This document shows positions 1 through 9,840 of a stretch of DNA of 64,000 nt, piece after piece. Location of the stretch: the NCBI GenBank assembly GCA_041742355.1, contig JBGSIV010000157.1:1-64000 (forward strand), in the 5' to 3' direction. This DNA is from Candidatus Zixiibacteriota bacterium (GTDB lineage: Bacteria; Zixibacteria; MSB-5A5; GN15; FEB-12). The first letter of the stretch is position 1; every line of letters begins with the position of its first letter. The notes under the pieces are model-generated. The model was not told the origin of the DNA, searched no databases, and saw only the letters and a program-made list of their open reading frames with translations. Both the position numbers and the translations under genes were made by a program.

Positions 1-188
1 TGCGGACGGCATCCCCGCCGGGCTCGCGTCGGTAAACTCTGTCCTGAACTATTTTCCCACAGGTCTGGTAAGTTTTTCCGCACTGCCCTCCGGACCAGTC
101 TGTCCGGCACTCCCTGCCGCTTTTTAAGTAACTGGCCTGCAATCGGTTAATTCTCTCAAAATCCCCGTTTCAGTCCGGCACAGGATTT

Positions 189-215
189 GAAATAGGGATT
201 TGCGATAACCGATAA
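189..215 (+). promoter_or_regulatory. candidate sigma28 (FliA) promoter upstream of fliR
   Basis: GAAA-N15-ACCGATAA vs consensus TAAA-N15-GCCGATAA. A sigma54-like CGGCACAGGATTTGAA (176-191, GG-N10-GA) overlaps it. Confidence 0.45.
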
Positions 216-231
216 ACCAGGACGGAATACT

Positions 232-1020
232 TTGTTCGACTTCGTAAACTACGGCGCTAACGCTCTCACGATCTTCCTCCTCGTCATCATGCGGGCCGCG
301 GGGCTCTTCCTGATGGCGCCGGTCTTCGGCGACAAGTCGGTCCCGAGAATGATCCGGGTCGGCCTGATCATCCTTCTCTCCGGAATTATCTCATCGGTTA
401 TCGCCCAGCCGCAGCTTCCGGCTGTGACCTCGGCATGGATGCTGGCCGGAATGGCTGTGAAAGAAATCCTGGTCGGCTTCATTATCGGGCTGGTCTACCG
501 GCTCCTGTTCATGGGAGTCGAAACGGGCGGCGCGCTGGTGGGCTACCAGATGGGCTTCGCGATGGTTGAGGTCCCCGATGTCAACGGATCCGGCCAGGTA
601 TCCGTTCTCGGCAAGTTCTGGTACCTGATCGCGACCCTCGTGTTTTTCGCGATCAACGGCCACCACCTGATTCTCACCGCATTCGCCGACAGCTACGAAT
701 TGATGCCGGCGGGAATGGTCAACATGTCAGGTGAGGTCGGCGAGCTCTTGATCAAGTACAGCGCCTATGTCTTCGTGATCGGAATCAAGGTGGCTGCGCC
801 AGTCATGATAACGCTGTTCCTCGTGGATGTCGCCCTGGGCGTGGTGTCCAAGACGATGCCCACGATGAACGTGTTCTTCGTCGGCATGCCGATCAAGATC
901 GGCGCCGGTCTCGCGGTAATGGCTCTCTCGCTGCCGTTCTTCTCCTACGTGCTGCAGAAGATGGCGGCCTACCTCGACGGGGAGCTGCGGGTGATCTACA
1001 TGGCCTTTGGTAAGGCGTAA
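232..1020 (+). CDS. fliR: flagellar export gate protein FliR
   Basis: Hydrophobic 262 aa with P-x-F-G, KEILVG, G-YQMGFAM, INGHH and PTMNVFFVGMPIKI motifs; directly upstream of flhB; TTG start. Confidence 0.95.
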   Translation: MFDFVNYGANALTIFLLVIMRAAGLFLMAPVFGDKSVPRMIRVGLIILLSGIISSVIAQPQLPAVTSAWMLAGMAVKEILVGFIIGLVYRLLFMGVETGGALVGYQMGFAMVEVPDVNGSGQVSVLGKFWYLIATLVFFAINGHHLILTAFADSYELMPAGMVNMSGEVGELLIKYSAYVFVIGIKVAAPVMITLFLVDVALGVVSKTMPTMNVFFVGMPIKIGAGLAVMALSLPFFSYVLQKMAAYLDGELRVIYMAFGKA

Positions 1021-1025
1021 GCGGT

Positions 1026-2096
1026 ATGGCTGAAGAGAACTTCCAGGAAAGAACAGAACAGGCAACCTCACGGCGCCGGGAAAAAGCGCGTGAGGAAGGG
1101 CAGGTCGCCCGGTCGATGGAGTTGAACTCCGCCGCCATGCTGACGCTCGGCTTTCTGACGCTGTACCTCATGGGGCCGTACATCTCCGGGCAGACGATGG
1201 CGATGCTCCGCCACCTGCTGGGTAATGCGCCGACGATCGCCCTGCAGGATCCGACGTTCTACACGGTTTTTAAAGACAACCTGATCAGATTCTTCATCAT
1301 CCTCGGCCCGCTCTTCGTGGTGATGACCATTATCGCGCTGGGGGTCAATGTCGCCCAGGTCGGATTCCGCATCACTCCCAAAGCGGCCGAACCGAAGCTC
1401 GACAAGATCAACCCGATCAGCGGCTTCAAGCGGATCGTGTCGATCCGGTCGGCCGTGACGCTCCTGCGCGACCTGCTGAAGCTGGCCGTGGTCGGGTTCG
1501 TCGCCTACAAGGTGATCGCGTCCGATTTCCCGTCCTTCTTCCTGATGGCCGACATGACGGTCGGGCAGATCGCAGTCGCGATGGGCAAGTTGTCGCTTGG
1601 GCTCGCGCTGAAGGTCGGCGCGGTGATCTTCGTTATCGCCGTCCTTGACTACATCTACCAGCGCTACGAATTCGAGAAGTCGATCCGCATGAGCAAGCAG
1701 GATCTTCGCGACGAATACAAGGACACCGAAGGCTCTCCGCAGATCAAGGCGCGCGTCCGCCAGATCCAGATGCAAATGGCCCGCAACCGGATGATGGACG
1801 CCGTCCCGATGGCCGATGTCGTGGTAACCAACCCGACCCACTACGCGGTCGCGCTCAAGTATGATCCCGACCAGCACCAGGCTCCGTTCGTACTCGCCAA
1901 GGGGCAGCGCCTGATCGCACAGAAGATCAAAGAGATCGCGCTCGAGCACAATATCCCGGTCGTGGAAGATGTGCCGCTGGCGCGGGCGCTCTTCAAGATG
2001 TGTGATATCGGCCAGGTCGTGCCGGCGCAGCTCTACCGCGCGGTGGCCGAGGTTCTGGCGTACGTCTACCGCCTCAAGGGAAAGGTGGTAAAGTAA
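1026..2096 (+). CDS. flhB: flagellar export switch protein FlhB
   Basis: N-terminal ERTEQAT..RREKAREEGQV, NPTH autocleavage motif, LARAL, YRAVAEVLAYVY. Confidence 0.97.
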   Translation: MAEENFQERTEQATSRRREKAREEGQVARSMELNSAAMLTLGFLTLYLMGPYISGQTMAMLRHLLGNAPTIALQDPTFYTVFKDNLIRFFIILGPLFVVMTIIALGVNVAQVGFRITPKAAEPKLDKINPISGFKRIVSIRSAVTLLRDLLKLAVVGFVAYKVIASDFPSFFLMADMTVGQIAVAMGKLSLGLALKVGAVIFVIAVLDYIYQRYEFEKSIRMSKQDLRDEYKDTEGSPQIKARVRQIQMQMARNRMMDAVPMADVVVTNPTHYAVALKYDPDQHQAPFVLAKGQRLIAQKIKEIALEHNIPVVEDVPLARALFKMCDIGQVVPAQLYRAVAEVLAYVYRLKGKVVK

Positions 2097-2097
2097 G

Positions 2098-4182
2098 ATG
2101 GCGTCGGCAAAGAATCAGGGCATTCTCGAGCAGATCGTGAGCCGCTCGGATATCGCGCTCGCTGTGGGCGTGATTGGGATCATCGGCGTGCTCGTTATTC
2201 CGATTCCGACCATGCTGCTGGACTTTGCTCTGGCGTTCAATATCGCATTCTCGCTCGTGGTGCTTCTGACCACGCTGTATATCACGAAGCCGCTCGATCT
2301 CTCCGTCTTTCCCGGTATGCTCCTGATCGTCACGCTCATGCGCCTGGCGCTCAACGTGGCCTCGACCCGTCTGATTCTGGGCCAGGGATATGCCGGCGAA
2401 GTGATTCAGACGTTTGGCGGGTTTGTCGTGCAGGGGAACTACGTGGTCGGCTTCATCGTCTTCGTAATCCTCGTGATTATCCAGTTCGTGGTGATCACCA
2501 AGGGCGCGGGGCGCATCTCGGAAGTGGCGGCACGGTTCACCCTCGACGCCATGCCGGGCAAGCAGATGGCGATCGACGCCGACCTGAACGCCGGCATCAT
2601 CACGGAAGATGAGGCCCGGACGCGCCGCAAAGATATCGCCCGTGAAGCGGATTTCTACGGAGCGATGGACGGCGCCTCAAAGTTTGTGCGCGGCGACGCG
2701 GTTGCCGGCATCCTGATCACCCTGATCAACGTGATCGGCGGCTTCATCATCGGGATCGCGATCAACGGCATGGATATCTCTGAAGCGCTGCGGACCTACT
2801 CGCTTCTGTCTATCGGCGATGGTCTCGTGACGCAGATCCCGGCCCTCTTAGTCTCGACCGCCTCAGGTATCATCGTCACCCGCGCAGCGTCGGACTCGCA
2901 CATGGGCTCCGACCTGACCAAGCAACTGACCCGTCAGCCGCGGGCCGTCATGGTTGCCGCTGGCACCCTCGTCATCTTCGCCTTTATGCCGGGCATGCCG
3001 ACCTTCACGTTCCTGACTCTCGGCGCGGTCATCGGCGGACTGGGCTACGTGACCTCACAGATGCAGGCGAAAAAGGCGGTCGAAGAGGAAGAGTCGAAAA
3101 GACTGGCCCGGACGCAGGCACCCAAGCCGCAGGAGCGGACCGAAGACCTGCTGAAAGTTGATACCCTGGCCCTGGAAATCGGCTACGGCCTGATCCCGCT
3201 GGTTGATCCGAACCAGCACGGCGACCTGCTTGACCGGATCGGTTCGATCCGCAAGCAGCTCGCCACCGAGCTGGGCATCGTGGTTCCGGCGATTCGCATC
3301 CGCGACAACGTCCAGCTGAAGCCCAATCAGTACCAGATCAAGGTCAAAGGGATCCGGGTGGCGTCCTACGAGGTCATGACCGACCACGTTTTGGCGATCA
3401 ACCCCGGCTATATCCGCGAGAAGCTCGATGGGTTTGAGACCCACGATCCGGCATTCGGCATGGCGGCGACCTGGATTCTCCCGGCCTACCGCGAAGTTGC
3501 CGAGGCGCGCGAGTTCACCGTCGTGGAGCCATCCGCTGTCCTGGCGACCCACCTGACCGAAGTGATTCGGCAAGCCGCGCCGGAGATCATCACTCGCCAG
3601 GATGTCCAGCATCTGGTCACCACCCTGAAAGAAGACTACCCGGCGCTGGTCGACTCGGTCGTGCCGGAGGTGGTGCCGCTCGGAACCCTGCAGAAGGTCC
3701 TTCAGCAGCTCCTGCGCGAGCGGGTACCGGTGCGCGATCTGGCGACGATTCTCGAAACCGTGGCCGACTACGCCGGTGCGACCCGCGAGCCCGACGTGCT
3801 CTCCGAGTACGCCCGCATGGCGCTGAAACGGCAGATCACCGAGAGCGCGAAAGACGGCTACGGTCGGATCAACGTGTTCACGATCGATCCGGCGGTGGAG
3901 CAGTCGCTCGCCGATTCCGTGCAGAATACGAAACAGGGCCTGATGCTGGCAATCGATCCGGCGCTGGCCGAGGCCCTGCTGGCAAAGATAGGAGAACAGA
4001 TCGACGTGCAGCAGCGGAACGGCGTCGTTCCGGCCTGCATCTGTTCGCCCAATATCCGTCTGGCGCTGCGCCGTCTGGTCGAGGCGCGGTACCCGCTCCT
4101 GTCAGTGCTCTCGTACAACGAGATCCTGCCGGACGTGGAGGTCATGTCGACCGGAATGGTGAGGTTGCAGGATGATAATTAA
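2098..4182 (+). CDS. flhA: flagellar export protein FlhA
   Basis: RLALNVASTRLIL, EVAARFTLDAMPGKQMAIDADL and FYGAMDGASKFVRGDA motifs; 694 aa. Confidence 0.98.
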   Translation: MASAKNQGILEQIVSRSDIALAVGVIGIIGVLVIPIPTMLLDFALAFNIAFSLVVLLTTLYITKPLDLSVFPGMLLIVTLMRLALNVASTRLILGQGYAGEVIQTFGGFVVQGNYVVGFIVFVILVIIQFVVITKGAGRISEVAARFTLDAMPGKQMAIDADLNAGIITEDEARTRRKDIAREADFYGAMDGASKFVRGDAVAGILITLINVIGGFIIGIAINGMDISEALRTYSLLSIGDGLVTQIPALLVSTASGIIVTRAASDSHMGSDLTKQLTRQPRAVMVAAGTLVIFAFMPGMPTFTFLTLGAVIGGLGYVTSQMQAKKAVEEEESKRLARTQAPKPQERTEDLLKVDTLALEIGYGLIPLVDPNQHGDLLDRIGSIRKQLATELGIVVPAIRIRDNVQLKPNQYQIKVKGIRVASYEVMTDHVLAINPGYIREKLDGFETHDPAFGMAATWILPAYREVAEAREFTVVEPSAVLATHLTEVIRQAAPEIITRQDVQHLVTTLKEDYPALVDSVVPEVVPLGTLQKVLQQLLRERVPVRDLATILETVADYAGATREPDVLSEYARMALKRQITESAKDGYGRINVFTIDPAVEQSLADSVQNTKQGLMLAIDPALAEALLAKIGEQIDVQQRNGVVPACICSPNIRLALRRLVEARYPLLSVLSYNEILPDVEVMSTGMVRLQDDN

Positions 4183-5323
4183 GTCGTTCACGGGCGAATC
4201 GGCGTCAGCGGCGATGAAGCTCGTCCGCAAGGAAATGGGCGGCGAAGCCATCGTGCTCAAGACGCGGCAGTTCTCCGACCGGTACAACCGGCCGCAAGTG
4301 GAAATCACCGCCTGCCTGGAAAAGCCGTCGGTGGGCCGCATGTCCGACATCCTCGACGATGGCCCGCGGTCGGTCGAGCGGTTCACGCCGCCTGTTGTCA
4401 ATGAGCCGATTCTTGAGGCGCCGGTTGAAGATGTTAACCCGGCTATCGAAATGCCCTCGATGCCGCTTCCGGTCAATGACGATCGGTTGGCCAAAATCGA
4501 AGCGACGCTGGATCGCCTGGTACGGATGACCATCACGCGCGGCACGGAGCAGATTGCCGATCCGGATCTGCGGACGATTGTAGCCGCCCTTCGCGATGCC
4601 GATGTCCCGGAAGATTTCATCGATGAGTTCCTGCTGGCGCGCCAGGATCGTTTCGTCGGCCCGCAGGCGATAGAAAAGGTCCGCGTCGAACTGACCAAAG
4701 AGCTGGCGCGGCTGACGACCACCGAACTGAAAATCTCGGCCGGCGACCGCGTGCTCTTCATCGGTCCGGCCGGCGCCGGCAAGTCCTCTGCAATGGGCAA
4801 GCTGGCGACCCAACTGGTGGCCTCAGAAAAACGCAAAGTCGCTCTGTCGTCAATGGACTTCCAGAAAGTCGGGGCGCACGAAGAGCTGGCCGGTTATGCC
4901 GACCTGCTCGATGTCGATGTGGCCGATTTCTCCGGCGATAAGATCTCCAAACAGGTCACGAAGGGCGCGATCACGCTGATCGACGGCCCGGCGCTTCCGG
5001 CCGATTCCCAGCGGCGCGATACCCTGATAAAGTCGGCCGCCGGTGTTGGTGCGAAGTACCGCTTCCTCGTGTTCTCGGCGCTCATGCGCTCGAGCGATAT
5101 CCGCGAGTTGGCCGAGCAGTACCGCTGGTTTGCGCCCACCCATCTGGTGGCGACCATGCTCGACCTCACCCGTCGCCAGGGTTCGCTCATTGCCGCGGCC
5201 CGTGCCTTCAAAGTGAAAATTGCCTTTGTCTCCGACAGCACCGGTGGACTGGGTCGTCTGAAGACGGCCGATCCGTCGGCTCTTGCCTCTACACTCACCG
5301 GCACGGAGGTTCAGAGTGAATAG
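4172..5323 (+). CDS. flhF: FlhF SRP-family GTPase (divergent G motifs)
   Basis: N-terminal MIIKSF...EMGGEAIVL..VEITA, P-loop GPAGAGKSS, position between flhA and flhG. Confidence 0.85.
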   Translation: MIIKSFTGESASAAMKLVRKEMGGEAIVLKTRQFSDRYNRPQVEITACLEKPSVGRMSDILDDGPRSVERFTPPVVNEPILEAPVEDVNPAIEMPSMPLPVNDDRLAKIEATLDRLVRMTITRGTEQIADPDLRTIVAALRDADVPEDFIDEFLLARQDRFVGPQAIEKVRVELTKELARLTTTELKISAGDRVLFIGPAGAGKSSAMGKLATQLVASEKRKVALSSMDFQKVGAHEELAGYADLLDVDVADFSGDKISKQVTKGAITLIDGPALPADSQRRDTLIKSAAGVGAKYRFLVFSALMRSSDIRELAEQYRWFAPTHLVATMLDLTRRQGSLIAAARAFKVKIAFVSDSTGGLGRLKTADPSALASTLTGTEVQSE

Positions 5324-6185
5324 ACTGCGTCTCATTACTTCCCCGCGTTCTCACCCGGGTTCGGCGCCTCGCCTCATCTCAGTACTCTCCGGCAAAGGCG
5401 GCGTCGGCAAGACCGTTCTCGCGTTCAACCTGTCCGAGCGGCTGGTGGCCCAGGGATTCCGCGTGCTCGTGGTCGACGCCGATTTCCATGGCGGCAACGT
5501 GCACATCCTGGCCAATACGTCGTGTGAAGTCGGGGTCGCCGAGTTCGTCAGCGGCCGGCTGTCTCTCGCCGAGGCGATAACGCCCTTGGCCGATGGATTC
5601 GATCTGCTGGGCGCGTCGCGCCGCGCGGTCGATCCGGAAAAGTGGTCGGCGGCAACAGTGGCTTCGGTGCTGACCCGGCTGCGCTCGGAAGGCGCTGGAT
5701 ATGATTACATCGTATTCGACCATTCGTCGGGGCAGTCGCACACCGCGACACTCACCGCGCACGGGTCGGATCTCAATCTGCTCGTGGTGATTCCCGAACT
5801 GACCTCCATCTCGGACTGCTACGGTCTTTACAAGCACCTTCGCCAGGCTCAAACGGAAACCGATTGCCGCCTGCTGATCAACCGGGCGCAGGACGCGGCC
5901 GAGGCCCAGTACCTCCACCAGAAGTTCGGGGCGGTGACGGAGCGGTTCTTGGGTAAGGCTCCCCGGTGCGCGGGCTTTGTGCTTGAGGACGGCTCAGTGC
6001 GCAAGTCGATTGCAGCCCAGACGCCGCTGGCGGCTCTGGCCGAGAACTCAGTTGTCGTTCAGGCACTTACCCGCATTGCACAGACTCTCTCCCGTGACCT
6101 GTCGCCCGAAGCGGCGATGGAGCGCACGGCGATACTTCAAACAGCAAATAATGTTAACCCGGCTGCGGCCGATATAAGGGAATAG
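5316..6185 (+). CDS. flhG: FlhG/FleN MinD-like ATPase
   Basis: SGKGGVGKT deviant Walker A, VVDAD, PELTSISDCY; GTG at 5316 follows GGAGG and overlaps the flhF stop. Confidence 0.9.
   Translation: MNRLRLITSPRSHPGSAPRLISVLSGKGGVGKTVLAFNLSERLVAQGFRVLVVDADFHGGNVHILANTSCEVGVAEFVSGRLSLAEAITPLADGFDLLGASRRAVDPEKWSAATVASVLTRLRSEGAGYDYIVFDHSSGQSHTATLTAHGSDLNLLVVIPELTSISDCYGLYKHLRQAQTETDCRLLINRAQDAAEAQYLHQKFGAVTERFLGKAPRCAGFVLEDGSVRKSIAAQTPLAALAENSVVVQALTRIAQTLSRDLSPEAAMERTAILQTANNVNPAAADIRE
6149..6175 (+). promoter_or_regulatory. candidate sigma28 promoter for fliA (autoregulation)
   Basis: TAAT-N15-GCCGATAT ending 17 bp before the fliA ATG. Confidence 0.6.
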
Positions 6186-6192
6186 CATACAT

Positions 6193-7086
6193 ATGGTTAG
6201 CACTGCCAAAGTCGAGCCGAAGAAGCGTGGTCGGAAACCGCGCCGTGTGAGTGTCGATGATGCCGTCGCCGCGACGACGACCACTATTGCCGCTGCTGTC
6301 GATCAGAAGTCGAAGAAGTGGGAAGTCAGCGCGCGCGACTGGGCATCATACACTAAGACACAGTGCCCGGAAGCCCGGCAACGGTTGCTCGCCAAATACA
6401 TTCCGCTCGTGCGAAATGTGGCGTCGCGCATGGCCATGGGCTTTCCCCGGTCGGTGGAATTGACGGACCTGGTAAACACCGGCGTGATCGGCCTGATCGA
6501 AGCCTTCAAGAACTTCGATCCCGATCGCGGCGTGAAATTCGAAACCTACGCCGTGCCGCGCATCCGCGGCGCCATCCTGGACGAACTGCGTGCCCTGGAT
6601 TGGGTACCGCGTTCAACCCGGGCCAAGTCGCGCGAGATCGACCGGGCTATGACCGATCTGGAAAACCGGCTCGGCCGTCCGCCGGAAAAGACGGAGCTGG
6701 CCAAACACATGCAGATTACCGAGCGCGAGCTGCACCACGCCATCGAGGACGTGTCCTGCACCCAGATCCTCTCGCTGGATGAAGTGATCTACCGCGAAGA
6801 CGACAACCGCCAGGTGCCGCGGATCGAGACGGTCCAGGACACCTCCAGTGCCACCATTCTCGGCGAAATCGAGAAAGGCGAACTGCGGTCGTTCCTGGTG
6901 GTGGCGATGGACCGGCTGACCGACCAGGAGAAGCTGGTGATCTCGCTCTACTACCACGAAGAACTGACGCTCAAAGAAATCGGCGCCGTGATGACCATCT
7001 CCGAATCACGGGTGTCGCAGATCCACACGCGTGCCGTGGGCAAACTGCGCGGCATGGTGCGAGACCGATTCGCGCTGGTGGGTTGA
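6193..7086 (+). CDS. fliA: FliA/WhiG family sigma factor (sigma28)
   Basis: GVIGLIEA, KFETYAVPRIRGAILDELRALDWVPRS, LTLKEIG..SESRVSQIH. Confidence 0.96.
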   Translation: MVSTAKVEPKKRGRKPRRVSVDDAVAATTTTIAAAVDQKSKKWEVSARDWASYTKTQCPEARQRLLAKYIPLVRNVASRMAMGFPRSVELTDLVNTGVIGLIEAFKNFDPDRGVKFETYAVPRIRGAILDELRALDWVPRSTRAKSREIDRAMTDLENRLGRPPEKTELAKHMQITERELHHAIEDVSCTQILSLDEVIYREDDNRQVPRIETVQDTSSATILGEIEKGELRSFLVVAMDRLTDQEKLVISLYYHEELTLKEIGAVMTISESRVSQIHTRAVGKLRGMVRDRFALVG

Positions 7087-7101
7087 GGAAGAACCGAGGC
7101 C

Positions 7102-7440
7102 ATGATGTCGACGCCGTCAATCGAAACCATAGACAAGCTGCCCCAGCCGCAGCCGCACGACCGGGTGAATCCCTCCGGTAAGGCGAGCGAGGAGCGGGAC
7201 CAGGAGGCTTTCAAGATAATGCTCCGCCGCCGCCTCGAGCGCGAAGGGCAGGATGACGGCGAAACGGAAGAGGCGGATGCCCTCATAGTTGACATCGATA
7301 TGGATTCGGAGAAGCAGCAGTCGGACGAAGAGCCGGCGGCTGAAGAAAAGAACCAACAAACGGCTCAGGATGAAACGGCGGAAGCGGGTGACAAGGATAC
7401 GTCGCCCGCCCCGCCCGCTCATATCGATCTGCGGGCCTGA
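7102..7440 (+). CDS. small acidic flagellar-cluster protein
   Basis: In operon with RBS; low-complexity acidic; C-terminal HIDLRA. Confidence 0.65.
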   Translation: MMSTPSIETIDKLPQPQPHDRVNPSGKASEERDQEAFKIMLRRRLEREGQDDGETEEADALIVDIDMDSEKQQSDEEPAAEEKNQQTAQDETAEAGDKDTSPAPPAHIDLRA

Positions 7441-7459
7441 AAACATGGGAAGTGTAAAC

Positions 7460-7867
7460 ATGCTGTTGACCAATCAAATGCTGATCGACCTGGCGCTCAA
7501 CGTGGCCGGCTATGTCGCCGCGGGAGCGTTGTCGCTGGTGGTGTACTCGATGTTCCGTCGCGCCCCGCAACCGTCGGCGCCGCGTGAAATGCAACCCGCC
7601 TATCCGGCCCAGGCCGGACAGCCGGTGGTGGCGATGCCGGCCGGGGCGAACCTGACGCCGGATGCGCGGGGAATGCACTTCGTAGGCTTCGGAGATGCGC
7701 CGCGCGGCGAGAACGGGGCGCAGAGCCTGACGACACGGCGAAACAGAACAGAGGTACTCCGGGTGGCGCGAGGAATGCTGCGCTCCGGGGCCACCGACGC
7801 ACAGATCAAAGCGGCCCTGCCGGTATCCGATGCCGAGCTGGCGGTCCTTACGTACGAACGACAGTAA
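7460..7867 (+). CDS. membrane-anchored protein with DUF2802/DUF6115-like C-terminal helical motif
   Basis: N-terminal TM helix; C-terminal ARGMLRSGATDAQIKAALPVSDAELAVL; start at 7445 or 7460. Confidence 0.6.
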   Translation: MLLTNQMLIDLALNVAGYVAAGALSLVVYSMFRRAPQPSAPREMQPAYPAQAGQPVVAMPAGANLTPDARGMHFVGFGDAPRGENGAQSLTTRRNRTEVLRVARGMLRSGATDAQIKAALPVSDAELAVLTYERQ

Positions 7868-7888
7868 ACAGAGATACAGGAGCTTCCG

Positions 7889-9073
7889 ATGACCACTGAT
7901 TCCCCATTCTTCCTGGCCAAGGTCGAGTGCCCGATCTGCAAGACGATCAACGAATTCGAGACGGTGCGGATGGGCGCCTACGTCGAGGAAGGCCGTGACA
8001 GTGACTTCTGCCCGCGCGACATCAAGTGGCGCTACCCGAAGTACGACGGCTACAACCCGCTGGTGTTTTTCGTGGCGACTTGCAGCAACTGCTTCTACTC
8101 CCGCGAATTCACGCCGGCCTTCAAGGACTGGAAAGCCGACAGCAATTTCCGCACTTACCGTCTGCGCGTGACCAAGGACAAACACCTCGAGCAGCTGTCG
8201 ACGGCCGACTCGGTGGTTAAGCGGCTCGGCGCCGCCATCGACATGGGTCGCTTCCCGAACCAGTCGGCGATTCTGAAACTGCACATGGCGGTGTTCGACG
8301 AACAGTTGTTCGAACACCACAGCAAGCTCGACCTCGGACGGTTCTACCTGCGCATCGCCTGGGTGTACCGGAGCATCGGGAGCACGGTCAATCCGCAGGT
8401 CTCCCGGATGCGCGGCTTCACCTACGAGCTGGAAACCCGCTACGACGGCATCAACGACGCATTGCGCGGTACACGCGACAAGGTCGGCGAGTTTGTCGAA
8501 GCGGTGAGAAAGGAGTTCGGCGCCGATACACACACGGCCGATCTTCGCGGGCAGATACTGCCGTACCAGGATCGGTTCTTCGCCGAGGCCGAGAAGCTGG
8601 ACGGAAAGCTCGGCTCGATCGATGAGCAGTTGGCCGGGCTGCGCAGTCTGATCGAAGAGTTCAAAACCGTCGGCGTGGGGCTCGGGGACGTCAACAGCGA
8701 ACCCATGTTCGCCGGATTCGGGTCGTTTGCCGACTTCCTCTATGACCTTAAGAAGGAGTGGGACGGTATAGTCACGAACGAACGCGAGGCGTTGGCCAAG
8801 GCGGTGTTCTACTACCGGGCGGCGTTCACCGAGGGACGTGGAATCGCCCCGGGGAACCAGCAGATTCAGGCCTCGTACCTGATCGCCGAGTTGTCTCGCC
8901 GCATCGGCGACTATGCCACGGCTCGCGAGTTCTTCAACAGCACGATCAAGCACGGCCAGGAATTCATTTACCGCAACCGCCACGACAAAACCCAGACCGC
9001 GCTCGCCCGCAAGATTCTCGAACTGGCGATCGAACAGGGCAAGTCGAGCATGGCGGCTGCAACGACAGTCTGA
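7889..9073 (+). CDS. DUF2225 family protein (Zn ribbon plus TPR-like helices) with coiled-coil insert
   Basis: CPIC...DSDFC...YNPL...CSNC, LRIAWVYR, YLIAELSRRIGD. Confidence 0.85.
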   Translation: MTTDSPFFLAKVECPICKTINEFETVRMGAYVEEGRDSDFCPRDIKWRYPKYDGYNPLVFFVATCSNCFYSREFTPAFKDWKADSNFRTYRLRVTKDKHLEQLSTADSVVKRLGAAIDMGRFPNQSAILKLHMAVFDEQLFEHHSKLDLGRFYLRIAWVYRSIGSTVNPQVSRMRGFTYELETRYDGINDALRGTRDKVGEFVEAVRKEFGADTHTADLRGQILPYQDRFFAEAEKLDGKLGSIDEQLAGLRSLIEEFKTVGVGLGDVNSEPMFAGFGSFADFLYDLKKEWDGIVTNEREALAKAVFYYRAAFTEGRGIAPGNQQIQASYLIAELSRRIGDYATAREFFNSTIKHGQEFIYRNRHDKTQTALARKILELAIEQGKSSMAAATTV

Positions 9074-9090
9074 GGATAAGGACGGAGAAA

Positions 9091-9840
9091 GTGTCAGAGA
9101 CGGTGTCGGCAGCAACGGGCAAAATCAGGATCTGGGAGAAGTTCGAGATCCTGGTCGGCGAAGGATCGGGCGCGGGAAAGTACGTCGCCCGGTTGGAAGA
9201 CCTTCGCCCGGGAGCGCTGGTCATCAGCGCGCCGGAGTTCATCTCCGGATCGAGCCTGCTGCGCAACGGCGCCGACTGCACAGTTATCGTCACAAAGGAA
9301 GATGCCATCTACGAATTCAGCAGCACGATCACGGTCATCGAGAGCAAGGGCCAGCGCATCTACCTGCTGCGTGAACCGGAGCGCCTGCGCCGGGTGCAGC
9401 GTCGCCAGTTCGTGCGAATCGAGCTGCGCCGAAAGCTCACGCTGGCGGTGATCGGGCAAAAGGGCCGGGTAACCGAGGCGATTAAGCAGCCGTCGTGGCG
9501 GAAAACGACATCGGTGAACATCAGCGGCGGGGGAATGCTGATCGATGTGCCGCAGGAGATGGCCATGGGTGACCTGCTTTTGGTGAAGGCGGACTTCTTC
9601 CCGGAGATCGGTCTGCCGATCGCGTTGGCCGCCGTGGTGCGACGCGTGGGACAGTCGGACCAGGGGATGCGGGCCGGAATCGAATTCCTGCGGGCGGATC
9701 AACTGCCGCAGCAGATCGATGCGGCCGGCCTGAAGCTGCTGCCCGAGTCGGTCACGTTCTTCGATCAGATCGCCCAGAACAAACTTGTCAACTACGTCTT
9801 CCGCGAACAGGTGAAGCTCCGTCAGAAAGGGCTGCTGTAA
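9091..9840 (+). CDS. YcgR-like flagellar brake, PilZ c-di-GMP receptor
   Basis: QRRQFVR (RxxxR) and NISGGG motifs; N-terminal YcgR-like domain; GTG start after GGAG. Confidence 0.85.
   Translation: MSETVSAATGKIRIWEKFEILVGEGSGAGKYVARLEDLRPGALVISAPEFISGSSLLRNGADCTVIVTKEDAIYEFSSTITVIESKGQRIYLLREPERLRRVQRRQFVRIELRRKLTLAVIGQKGRVTEAIKQPSWRKTTSVNISGGGMLIDVPQEMAMGDLLLVKADFFPEIGLPIALAAVVRRVGQSDQGMRAGIEFLRADQLPQQIDAAGLKLLPESVTFFDQIAQNKLVNYVFREQVKLRQKGLL

Noticed and set aside
7283..9115. 610-aa minus-strand ORF
   Set aside because: Antisense shadow of the DUF2225 and neighbouring plus-strand genes in high-GC DNA; no recognisable motif.
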